Part shown: positions 14,581 to 26,787 of the stretch, in pieces
Layout of the letters: each line of letters opens with the position of its first letter
How positions within the stretch are numbered: position 1 is the first letter of the stretch
DNA from: Eledone cirrhosa
Lineage: Eukaryota
Direction: 5' to 3'
Length of the DNA stretch: 64,000 nt
Assembly (NCBI GenBank): GCA_964016885.1
Contig: OZ024740.1
Coordinates: 120,652,001 to 120,716,000, forward strand
Program-made: the position numbers and the translations under genes
The notes under the pieces: generated by a model
Seen by the model: the letters and a program-made list of their open reading frames with translations, nothing else
Databases searched by the model: none
Told to the model about the DNA's origin: nothing

Positions 14581-15261
14581 TCATGTTAAAAATTGGGTGT
14601 TGAGTTCTAGTCTGTTATTGATTGGTGGTTGCATTTTGTCTATAATCAGTGCTTTTTCAATTCTAAGATTGCCGAGGTTTCTTTCCTTAGCTTGTATCCT
14701 ACATATTATGTTTTTGTCGGTGTTCTTGCATTTCACTAGGTGTCTCTTAAATGAGGAAGCGTTAGTATTGAGGCGTTCTTTTATTCTTATGTGAAGTGGT
14801 CTGGTGGTGCTACCTATGTAGAATTTGCTGCATTTGTCACACTCTATTCTGTATACGGCGTAAGCCTGGTGGCATAGGTCTGTGTCATCAATGGGGCATT
14901 TGACTAGCCTGCAGCGGCTGTCATGTCTGGTGGAGTGTCTTTTGGTTAGCTGTCCGCGTAGAGAAGGTCCTGAGTGGGCTAGTTGGATATCTAGTCACTC
15001 TCGTCTGATAGCTCTGCGGATGGCTGTTGTTGTTTCGTCACTGAAGTGTGGGAGCTTCAGGAAGCAGGTGTTAGTGCCTCAGGTGTGGTGTCCTCTGTTG
15101 TTTGTGGCACAGTTCGTGGTGGACGTCGGGTATCCGTTCAGTTTAAGTACTTCCAGGAAATGTGTGGTGTGTGTGTGCCTCGGTCTCTTGCGTCAGTGCA
15201 TTTGTTTCGGATACGTGTTAGTTCGTTCCTTATGTATTCGAACTTAGCGCTGAAATGTACG
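14581..15261 (-). pseudogene. PLE RT thumb end, linker and GIY-YIG endonuclease (stops and frameshift)
   Basis: Manual translation: LKLNGYP...FLKLPHFSD...CRLVKCPIDDTDLCHQAYAVYRIECDKCSKFYIGSTTRPLHIRIKE...FKRHL...LRIEKALIIDKMQPPINNRLEL. Confidence 0.9.
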
Positions 15262-16612
15262 AACATACATGTCCAAACCTCTTTTAAAGGGAGACAACTC
15301 TGTATACACCTAACCTTCAATCTTTGACATTAGAAATAGAATAGAATTTTTATACTATTTCCTGTCAGCATGACTTGGCAAGCTAATTAGAACTCTGGAT
15401 TAACCCCTTTACTGCCCTCCAAAGAAGAGATATTATCTCGAAAATTTAGGATATTCAAATAAATTTAAGGTAAAAGACTAATTGTCAGCAATATCTTTTG
15501 CATTTGTATTTATATTCCATATCCATACCTACATTGTTTTGGCCTTCTAACTCCAAACGTTTATACCATATATATATATATATATATACACACTACATAT
15601 TCATACAAAGTGCAAGTGCAACATTGATGACAAGTGATGGCAACAACATGAAACACAAAATAAAACCAAGTGATATTATTATGTTGATGCTCTGGGAATC
15701 AAACAACTTTGATGTTTCAAGCTTAAGCTCTTCTTTGGAAACAGAAATTGGCAAACATATCGACGAGGGGACAGAGCACATGACGGGTACAGACTATGCT
15801 TAGATATATATTTGTTTGTATGGGTGTGAATATATATATGTGTGTGTGTGTGTATATATATATCTTTGTATAGGGTCTTGTGTAGTCATTGTTGTATACA
15901 GTTCGGGGCAGTGTTATGTAATAGATAAATGAGGGAGTATAGATTGGGTGAGAAGGATAGGTGATATAAGAGGAGTGAGCTAAAGTGATTAAAAAGAAAA
16001 TATAATGAAATGAACAAGATAAAAGTTATTTGAAACAATATAGGTTTGGTGTTTTATTGTTTGTTTAAGGGAAAATGTAGTGTGTGTGGGTGGAATGGAT
16101 GTAAAAGCTGAAATTAAATTCAGAATGTACAAAGCCAAAATATATTATATGTATAAAATCTGAACACAAATGCATACGTTTTTGTTGAGATCATATATAT
16201 ATATACAGGGATGGTGAAAGCATTTCTAAATTGGGTTTGTTAATTTGATCAATCTAGTTGTAGTGATTAGTTTAGCTGTTATCAAATATCAACCAATATA
16301 TAAAAAGAAAAACTTTGATATGCAATAAACATAACATGTACATACATTGTAGCGCATAATACAAATATATGTGTGTTTTGGTAGTATGGGGAGAAAAGTA
16401 CAATTATGAGGGGGGAAGGGTCATGCACACTGCCCTCCCCCCAGTTGCACTGCCGCTGATATATATATACACTTCTTAGTTCATGATCAAAATACTCTAA
16501 CTGAAAAATGTTTGTGTGTGTGCTTTGATATTCTCTCTTTCACTCACTGCTAATGTCTCTCTCACTTTCCCAATCTCTCACTATTATATGCAAATGGGAG
16601 CCCATGCACAGG

Positions 16613-16860
16613 TCACTCCCCAGTTCTGGCTGACAGAATAGAGAAGGCGTTTCCCTCGAGAATGGCAAGGGAGACATGCTGGAAGAACCATTCCAACTCG
16701 CGAGGCTCACACTTGCGGTCAGCCAACTCCATGTCGATGCTGATGAGTAGGGACGTGGCCTTAGGTCCAAGAACATCATAAGTCTCCACTCCAAACCTAT
16801 TAGAGAGCAACCAATATTTGAAGAGTTTTTCCCTCCTCAGCCTGCAGTGCAACAGAGCCT
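16613..16860 (-). pseudogene. second CRE-type endonuclease 3' fragment
   Basis: EKLFKYWLLSNRFGVETYDVLGPKATSLL...RELEWFFQHVSLAILEGNAFSIL, homologous to 14050-14324. Confidence 0.75.
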
Positions 16861-17225
16861 GGATTATTAGCATGCTGCACCAGGTTGCCACTGGAGAAAA
16901 TGTTGCTACATGTGGCATACCAAATTAAAATTAAAATAGTAGGAATACCATGAATGGATACGTGGCTACAGACTACAAGCCATGTTGCAGGGTTAGTATG
17001 GGTCAGTTGTTTGTTAGTGAATGATTTTGGATCTAAATCCTTTTTCTGACTTGATCATTCTTGGCTTGGCAAATCCCTTACCAGTCAGGGTGTGTGCACA
17101 TGTGTTTCGTTCTGATCTCTTTTAGCTCAATCGTTTTACTTCATGATTTTCCTTCTCACACCATCTCTTCTCCCTTACATAGTATTGTCCTGAACCACAC
17201 ACAACCCCAACAGCAAACCCACTAT

Positions 17226-17256
<31 letters not shown>

Positions 17257-18776
17257 AATGTGTGTTATATGCATATATTTTATATATGCATATATTTTAT
17301 ATATATATATGTACATACTGTATATACAAAACGATTTATACATATATATATACATTTACATATGCAAAACCATGCACATATACTCACAAAGGTACATGGC
17401 TGTATTCTTTCACACAAATTTATGGAATTAATTAGTCGAAGATAAACAAAAAATTAGCCACATAAAAGTGTACAACAATATAGGTATATAAGATGCAATG
17501 AATATCTTGTAATTCTGAAATAAATTAATACAACAAGAAACGAATGTAAATGAAAATTAAATAAAGCTATCCTGCTGGTAAAATTCAATATATTTTGATT
17601 AAAAATGTGTGTGCATGTGCATGAATGCACACTCATGCATATAAAAGTACATACATAGAAAATGTATCCTTGCATATATAAGTAATATATATTGAAATCA
17701 CAGATGAAATAATATCCTTTAGTGGCAATGAAAAGGAATATATTACATGTATTGATTCATTTTATTGTCGCACACATGAATGTATAAATGTATTAGACAT
17801 ATAAATATATAAAGGTGAACATATTACATCAATTTCATTTGTTGACAAAACTTGCTCAAGCACACATAAACGGTGTGTCTGCATTTACATATGTAGGTAT
17901 ATGTGAATAGCAATGTGTTTGCATATTTTAAATCAAACTATCAATAAAGAGTTTTAACCTGACACAAATCTATGCATTTACCATCGAACAAAATATTTTA
18001 AAAAGAAAAATATAAATAAAAGAAAAATATAAACAAAAGAAAAAAAATTATCTTAAGTTGCATGTGATTCATACTGCTTTCATTGCAGTTTAGAAATGCT
18101 GAATCTATTATACAATCACAAATACATATATGTTAATAATTAGCCATTTTAGTTAACACTAGTTGGTGTTTGACATAAATAGCTACTGTTCTAAATCTTT
18201 GTTGTAGATGGAATTGTAAGATAACTTGTCTTCTGATGAACAGCCAAGACAAAAGATAACAATGGAAAGGAAAATAAAATGAGTTCAGCATCAGACTGGA
18301 CCACAGATACTTGGTTTCTATTGCTACATACTAGACATAACTCCTTGCAAAAGTGTCTGCATTTTGTTTGTCTGTGTATGAAGAGAATATTGAAGTTTAG
18401 TTTACAGTTCCATATTTTCACAGCAACCTAATTAGAAAACTAACTTTATCAATGCTAAATTTAACTTAAACCTTTTAATATACACTGTATTGTGCAACAG
18501 TATTTAATGTTTAATTGCTATTTTAATTTTCTAGAAACTTAAGTACAATCTATGTATCTGAAGTATTTGATATAAAAACACCTGAAACCACCTATGGTTC
18601 TATGATAAAAAGCTGTTTATTTTAAAACTTCTTTTATCCTTATAGAAATATATCATTATAATGTTATATGAGAACCTATGATGAATTATGTTGCAAACAC
18701 CAGCTTAATAATGATAAAGTTAGTTATATTACTAGTCCTCTTTAAATTCTTGATTCTTCAGAAAATTATTAATACA

Positions 18777-19272
18777 TGATGTGCATAAAAGAAGTGGAGG
18801 GCAATCAAAATTGACGGAAGTTACGGAGTAGGCAGACCCAGAAAAACCTGGGACGATTTGATAAATTCCAACCTTACACACTTACACGTCTCTAAGACAA
18901 TGTCACTGGATAAGATCTTTGGCACTATGCAGTAATACAGAAAACCTGCCTTGCCTAAGTACAAAGCGAAACCTACAGTCAGTAGGCACCTCTTAATCAA
19001 ATATACACCCCCATCTCACTACCCCAACTCCCCTACCAACACCACCCCTTTCTCTGTAAAGTTATGTTGGTACCACAACATCCAGTACTAAATAAATGAG
19101 GTTGTGTAGGTAACACGGTAAACGTGGTTGGTGTTAGGAAGGGCATCCAGCCGTGGAAAACCTGCCAGACAGTCCTGTACAAGCGAGACAACCAATCTTG
19201 CTTCAAGTGGGACAATCCACGTCTAAACCCATGCTAGCATGGAAGATAGACGTTAAACAATGATGATGATAT
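18777..19272 (+). mobile_element. RTE-clade LINE 3' end
   Basis: CIKRSG..IKIDGSYGVGRPRKTWDDLINSNL, followed by a 3' UTR (ggtgttaggaagggcatccagcc) and a (GAT)n tail. Same family as 47208-47861. Confidence 0.85.
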
Positions 19273-19365
19273 ATATTAGAAAAGGGAAGTAAGGTTCTAT
19301 ACAAAACAGTGGATATAGATAAAAGGTGAAGTTGGAAATAACACGGGAAATATATTTAAGGGTCT

Positions 19366-19440
19366 GTTTTTCTTTTTTGATTCGTCAAAGTGACATTATT
19401 GTAAAGATAATGTCACTTTGATGAATCAAAAAAGAAAAAC
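19366..19440. repeat. short hairpin with 34-bp arms
   Basis: gtttttcttttttgattcgtcaaagtgacattat / ataatgtcactttgatgaatcaaaaaagaaaaac. Confidence 0.9.
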
Positions 19441-19782
19441 ATATACTTTATATACATCATAACATTTTTTTTTAAAAGAATTGTTTTTTATATATATTTT
19501 TAATAACATTATCTTTACAATAATTATATCTACTTTTGGCACAAGGCCAGTAATTACCCAGTGCATTACTGGTACTTTATTTTATCGACCCCGTAAGGAT
19601 GAAAGGTTGACTTTGCCTTTCATCCTTACGGGGTCGATAAAATAAAGTACCAGTAATGCACTGGGTAATTGCTGGCCTTGTGCCTAAAGTAGAAACAATT
19701 ATTGTAAAGATAATGTTATTAAAAATATATATAAAAAACAATTCTTTTAAAAAAAAATGTTATGATGTATATAAAGTATATG
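19440..19782. repeat. ~340 bp palindrome of head-to-head SINE 3' halves plus ~80 bp of flank
   Basis: The arms are near-perfect reverse complements around the 9-nt spacer ttgactttg. Confidence 0.9.
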
Positions 19783-20723
19783 AAGAATTACCAGTTTCGA
19801 TGTGTTATTAAAATCCATCTTATCAAATGTTGAGTGTAAAAAATTAAAAAAGTTGATAGGAGTTAAAAACAAAAGGTTTAAAATTAAAATCAAGATCAAA
19901 TGTTTGTATAAATTTTCATCCATCCTTCTTGCTGAAAGATTGGGTGGAAAGAGAACTTGTTACTTGTTTTCTTCACAAGAGGAAGTTGTGTTTTGAAAAA
20001 CATCCTGAGTATTTTTAATTGAGTGGTCAATAGTTCAAAAGGGGATAGGGGATTATAAGTTAGAGGTGAATTCTGTAGAAGTAGTAGTAGTAGGATTGTA
20101 TGAGTACATACACATATATATTTATACATATATATAGAGAAAGAGTGAGGGTGTATGTACACATGTGTATGTGTGTTTTTTTCAGTCTGTCTGTCACAGT
20201 TCCTTTATCAATACACACATGTTACATAGTTATAAAACATAGTTATAAAAATAACTTTAGAAAATTGGGTAAATTACTCTTTAGGGGCAAGAAAAAGTGG
20301 CCAATGGCTACAACAAAGTTTCAAACTCCATGCGCCAGAATTCAAGAGAGACAGCATATGAGTCTCCATAGTGACTGCTGATAAAATGTTTCGATCCCTT
20401 AAGGTATTTTATTCAATTTTCTAAAGATAGTGATTTCTGCATTTAGATTCCATTATTTCCAATCTCAACAACATGATATAATGAATACTAACGTAAACCT
20501 AAACCAGAAACATATACTAAACAACATGTAAATGCCAGCTAACATCATCGAACAAATGAATATACCAAGAAATAAGCAACATGAAACAATAAATGTAAAA
20601 TGATAAAGAAACAGGGAAGAGAATGAGTTATATATATAGTGAGAGAGGGAAAGAGAGTTATTAAATGTTTTCAATTTCTTACTAATCTTGCTTTTGGAAG
20701 TAAATCAAATCTACATGCTACTA

Positions 20724-20808
20724 GCTGGTCCTAGCTGACAGGATAGAGAAGACATTGCTCCCGAGAACAGCGAGGGGGATGCACTGGAACAGCCACTCCA
20801 GCCTGTGG
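20724..20808 (-). pseudogene. third, very short CRE-type 3' fragment
   Basis: gctgacaggatagagaagacattgctcccgagaacagcgaggggga..cactggaacagccactcca matches 16621-16700. Confidence 0.6.
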
Positions 20809-20821
20809 GATGATAAAGTAT

Positions 20822-20970
20822 AATGCTTTCTGATTGAGGCACAAGGCCAACAATTTTGTGGGGGAGCGGCAAATCGATTAAATTGACCCCAGTGCATTAC
20901 TGGAGCTTTATTTTCTCTACCCTGTAAAGATGAAAGGCAAAACTAACCTCAGTAGGTTTTGAACTCAATT
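20822..20970 (-). mobile_element. SINE family A (diverged)
   Basis: ggcacaaggcc...gaccccagtgcattactgg...gatgaaaggcaaa...tttgaactc. Confidence 0.75.
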
Positions 20971-22953
20971 ATATTCTGAGATCCTCCACCCAACTCTGTC
21001 ACCTCTAATGCGTAGCTATCTACAACACAATTGTAAGTGAGAAATAACCCTGCATTTCCTTAAAATCTACCCCCTCAATCCAAAGCAAAAACAAAGTACC
21101 TTAACATTTTTTATCATAACACTGTCTAATCATCTATATTAACAACCTTTTAACCTCCTTCAGCTGCAAATCCTACGATATAATATTTGCCTTGAAAACA
21201 TGTTATATCCCATAATTTGGGGAATGAAACAATGTAAATGGCACCCAAATCAATTCACAAATCCTTAGTCTTATTGAATACTCGTCACAAAGAACCCATT
21301 GTATGAGTGTGTCTATGTCTATATTTATGTCTCAGACTTTGTTTATGTCCCATAACTCATGAGTTTGACAAAATGAATCGAAAAAATAAGTACCATACTT
21401 AGAAAATTAAATACTGGGATCAATGAATCTCTTAAGAAATTAATATAAAAATGAAATAAAAAATAAACCCATATCTATAGTGGTAACCATAACAAATTTT
21501 AAGAGTTACTGTTGAAGGAATTGAGTAATTATTGATATTCATTACTTAATTCCAGGTGTCAACAGAGTAATTAAATCTTTTTCCACCTAAGAATTAAATC
21601 CAATATGAAAATCAATGTTTGCTACCGATAACAAAATCTGCAATAATAATAATAATATTGATAAATATTTAAAACAAACATATTGGTGGTGATCATTTTT
21701 ATTATATATGAAAGAAACATAAGGGACCTTTAATTCCTTATGAGTGCCATAGTGACACAGGTATGCTTTGGGCATTTTATACTAGGCAGAGCCCATCTCT
21801 CAGTAGGTCTGAATACCACAGATTACTTGGGGTGAGAGAAAGAGAGAAAAAGAGAAAAAGAAAGAGAGAGAGAAAGAAAACGAATCATCTCAGTGCTGAA
21901 CTGCTACTTATCAAACTTGAAATGATGAAAGGCAAAATTGATCACAGCAGGATTTGAACTCAGACTGCAGTGAGCTAGTAAAAATACCAATGAACTAACA
22001 TCTCTATAAATTTTCTGCCTCATTTATAACAGTAGTAAATACTTAACAGTAATAATCTCCTAAAAGGTTCAATAGACCACACAAAAACAGAATATCTAAA
22101 ACATCAATATAATATCTATTGTCTGGATTAATTCATCTAGATGGTGTCTTGACCAATCTAGTAAATACTTCATTAAAATTACAATATAATTGATATTTTC
22201 TTATACTGTATTCCTTTCTTTTCTTTGTGTCCATAACACCATACTTAATATTAAACAATGCTTTATATCGGCTAAAAGTACTCTTACATAAAATACAGTG
22301 ATATATGTAAATAAACATTGGTTGTTTCAACAATTATCGAGATGAAGTGTGAATGTATTTGAAATTTATAGAAATAAGTTGGGTAAAAATAGCTCAAAGG
22401 ACAGAAAACAGTGGTCAGTGATTGTTATGAAGATGGAAAGTTGGGAGGTTTGGGAAAGTTGTGAGGTAGATGAAACATGTAGATGATTCCTTTCTTCTTT
22501 ACTAATCCATCCTACATGCCAACACTCCTTCATGCAACTCACAACTTTACTGATCACTGTTTATTTTGTCGTTGGTGGTATTTGTACTTAACTTCCTTGC
22601 TTTGTCATTGATGGCATTTGGCTGTTTTAATAGCTATTCCTTCTGTTCGAGTTTCCAAGATATTTCTCTAAATTGTAATGATATATATCTTACCTCTTAA
22701 CACCCTATAATGATGTAATAAAGCATAGCCAACAGGTTTGTTAATTCAAATAATATGGACAGATCATTGTCAAAATTTGCTGTATTAGAGGAAAGACTAA
22801 CTTTTAATATGATAGTTATAGAGCTGTTTTGTATTTTTCAAGAATGTCTTGCTAATGCACTTTTGGATATTAAGAGTTTTATGGGGTAGTTTATTTACTA
22901 AAAAAAAAATATTATTATTATTGGATGTTTGCATCAGTATCTGTGTGTATCCA

Positions 22954-23280
22954 GTTTAGATATCTGTATATCCAGTATAGAATCTCTACATTTCAGAAGA
23001 GATGACTAAAAGAGTTGACTCCAGACAAGTCATTTGACTATAAAACATTGTCTCAAAAAGAACCCAGCAATGCATATGCATGTCTATTATGGCAGGGCAT
23101 AAAGCTAAACCAAGCTTTACTAGGGAAAATGGGTTTATTGGTTATTAAAGTCAGAAAGTAGCTTCACTTTTTTATATCACATTTAGATATCTGTGTATAT
23201 CCAGTATAGAATCCCAACATTTTGGAAGAGGTGCTAAAAGGCATTTGACTATAAAACAGTACCTTAAATAGAACCCAACC
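22954..23280 (+). repeat. diverged ~100 bp direct repeat, 2 copies
   Basis: tttagatatctgt..atatccagtatagaatc...catttgactataaaaca...gaaccca at 22954 and 23182. Confidence 0.7.
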
Positions 23281-23731
23281 AGTATGCTTGTAACGATTTT
23301 CTGTTTTACTTAGTTTATTCTTCATTTATGAAAGAAAGAACGTTTGAAAACGTTCCCTATATTCTTCATTTTCAGTTTATTCAGATATCACAGTTGAGCT
23401 AAAACAAATCTAACAAAAATAACTTTCTTGAGCACAAACTCCAATATATTACAACAAAATGTAATTTCTCATTCATCACAATATAGAAACATTCTTACAT
23501 TCAGATTTATATGTTTGATAATTTTGTATTTTCTGAAAATTACTCTTTTGGGACATACTTTTATTCATTTAATTGTTTCATACATTAGAATGCAGCCATG
23601 CACATCCACAAGAGATGTAGGCAATCATATCAACCCATTACATATTTTTCGTTTGGCTCTTCGTTAATAGATCTCTTTGTTGTCAAGCTCTAAGTTATAG
23701 GACATAAATACAGACATAGGCACACACACAC

Positions 23732-24148
<417 letters not shown>

Positions 24149-24645
24149 TTGTATATAAGTATATTTTTGTCTATTATTTCCTTGCATTTATAATCTGATA
24201 CTACACACACATAATATATACACACACACACACAACAGGTTTTCAAAGTTTCCATCTACAAAATTTTACTTGGAAAGTCCTAGGCTACAGTTACAGTAGA
24301 GAACACATCCAATGCATCATTGAAACCACGTGGTTGCAAATCAAACTCTTTAATGATAAAGCCATGACTGCTCCTATTCATTTATAATTTTCTTAAAAGT
24401 AATCTTTTGGTACATCTAGAAACAACATTCATTTCCAGCATGATTCCTGCAATAACGTTTTGGCTTTTAAGTTTCCCTGTACATGCCAGAATAAGATACC
24501 TTGCTATGTTGAGAATAATAAAGTAATAATTCAAGCAATGTAACACTGTTATTGAATTCATCGATATTCTATTCACTAATAGATATTAAATTGTTGCATA
24601 TAACCGAAGCATGTTTACCAGATATTGCCAAGGTATCGGTTCTCT

Positions 24646-24681
<36 letters not shown>

Positions 24682-25129
24682 TTCATATACACCCTTATGA
24701 TGAAACATGCTATGTTAGTACTACTTATATATATGTATATATATCATAATACACATGTAAGTCCTACAGTAATATTACATCATAATGTTAACATATAATT
24801 GTAAACACACTCAGGTGCATAATTGACAATTGTGGCATGAATATTTTCTGGTAGGCAAAATATGCAAACACCAAAATTCATAGTTTTTATGATAATTAAA
24901 TCCCAAATGTGTGGCCAATAAAAACAAATGCTTGCATTTATGATCAGATATATCCATCAATGGGTTCCCAGTCTTATTACCTTTAAGGTTTTAGGGATGC
25001 AAACACAGCAAGTGAAGTTTACCACATATATCGTGAGGCATATGCAGCGTATACCATAGAATATAGAAAATAATAAATATGATCTTACCATACTCTTTAA
25101 ATAATTTGTTGACTTACCTGAAATATAAA

Positions 25130-25580
25130 AAAAAACAATTGTGTCAAGTAAATTTCATAAATTATTTTGAAAAAAATATCAACATTTATGTCAATTTAAC
25201 TTTGAAAACTATATATGTTGGGCTTACCAAACAACAGTTCAAAGAACATCATAATAATCATACAATACCATTGTATTGTATGATTATTATGATAATTGTA
25301 TGATGATTGGATGATTATTATGATTATTATGATTGACAAGGAGAATAGAAAAACAGAAAAAAAACTCTCTGGTAATGTCTGGAAACTGAAACAGCATTCT
25401 GTAGAATACAATATCAGCTGAAGGATAGCAGAAAGATGCAAACCCTATATCAATGGAACCAGCGATTATAGTTTCTTTAGTATAGAGAGTTAGCTAATCC
25501 TGAAGAGCTCATTAGTGCCTAATGCTTGGCTTAATACAAGAGGTAGATTTTACAAACATTGCCCACACATTGCAAAATTC
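25130..25580 (+). pseudogene. degenerate GIY-YIG endonuclease of a different PLE lineage (Neptune/Naiad-like)
   Basis: KTIYVGLTKQQFKEHHNNH...LSGNVWKLKQHSVEYNIS*RIAERCKPYING...LNTRGRFYKHCPH fits the Y.G.T...FK.R..NH / LS..IW.LK / LN.R.E....C.H pattern. Confidence 0.7.
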
Positions 25581-25949
25581 TTTCGTTTCTGATTTTATGA
25601 TGACCAGAAAGTCATAGGTTCCTAAGAGTACCATCATATAGCCAGGCAATCTGACTGAATATCAAAGAAGAGAGAAAAAAACTACCTTCACATCAAATTC
25701 ATATATGACAATCTAATAGAATTGATAATTTATTTTCTTATATGGGTTGCATCCCTTGGATCAGACAAAAAAAAGAAATTTTCCCATATTTGTTTTTCAA
25801 AAATGATTAAACACTGAAAGTAAACAAAATTTACAGAAGCATATATCTTCAAACGATTGAAGATTGATGTTTGAATTGGTATTTATCTCTTATGAATAAT
25901 TTCCTCATCTCCTCTATCACGAAACTGAATATTATATAAAAATGTATGC

Positions 25950-26350
25950 TTAATTGCACCAAACTGCATCATGAAGATGTCAGGATTTCTCAATAGTAAT
26001 CGCTTATAACTTTCTCTTTTACATGTGTATTCATGATGTACCATGATACAATATTTGAAGAAAAACATCATCTTGAATTTGCTCCACACCTGATGTGCTT
26101 TATAAGAACCTTGGTGACAACGGATGCTTCCACTGTGATAACTAAGCTTTCGTTGCCAGTTCATATCTGCCCATCAATATTACCTTTCCATTCATCACAA
26201 TATACAGGAATTTAAAATCCTTGTTAGGTGAAATGAAAATGAAAAAGTAGCATTGAAACACACATGCAAGCTGATTGGCAGTAGCTGCTCCATCCAGCAG
26301 GCTGACCAAAACTAAATCATGAATGCATGCAGCTGCATGTTCTTTCTATC
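25950..26350 (-). mobile_element. decayed mariner (DD34D-type) transposase relic
   Basis: KAHQVWSKFKMMFFF..IMVHHEYT resembles the mariner KARQVRSN.KVML.VFFD..GVVHHEY motif. Confidence 0.6.
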
Positions 26351-26591
26351 ACTATTCACTTTAGAGTGTGTACTGGAGGTGTTTATTGAGGGGATCACCA
26401 AAAATAAGGAGGATGTCATGAAGTTGACAAGCCAGACAAAGGATTAGGAGGACCCCCCAGTCAAGTTTTCTTGATGCCCTTCCTATCACCAACCACATTA
26501 CAGTGTGCACTGGGTGCATTTATTGTGTAGATCATCAATAATAGGCAGGCTGTCATGTCCATGACATGGCTGAAGTGTCCTCCTGACCCTT

Positions 26592-26618
<27 letters not shown>

Positions 26619-26624
<6 letters not shown>

Positions 26625-26787
26625 GTTTCTACTTTTGGCACAAGGCCAGTAATTATCCCAGTGTATTACTGGTACTTTATTTTATCGACCCCATAAGGAT
26701 GAAAGGCAAAGTTAACCTCGGCGAGATTTGAACTCAGTCCGTAAAGGGACGTAACTGTGCTGCAAAGCATGGCGTCCGACCCTCTAA
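26619..26787 (-). mobile_element. SINE family A
   Basis: Core and B box are present, with high similarity to 28604-28791. Confidence 0.88.

Larger units (their letters stand above)
13601..15567 (-). mobile_element. second 5'-truncated Penelope-like element with inverted pLTRs
   Basis: Inverted repeats at 13639-13944 and 15262-15567 flank a GIY-YIG remnant. A degenerate hammerhead (CCGAAGA-agagat att atctc-GAAA) lies in the repeats, and (TA)n is on both sides. Confidence 0.9.

Noticed and set aside
14882-15327. Plus-strand ORFs of 121 and 93 aa
   Set aside because: They are antisense shadows of the PLE ORF.
22340-22660. Possible PLE RT N-terminal relic
   Set aside because: The similarity is too weak to support by eye.
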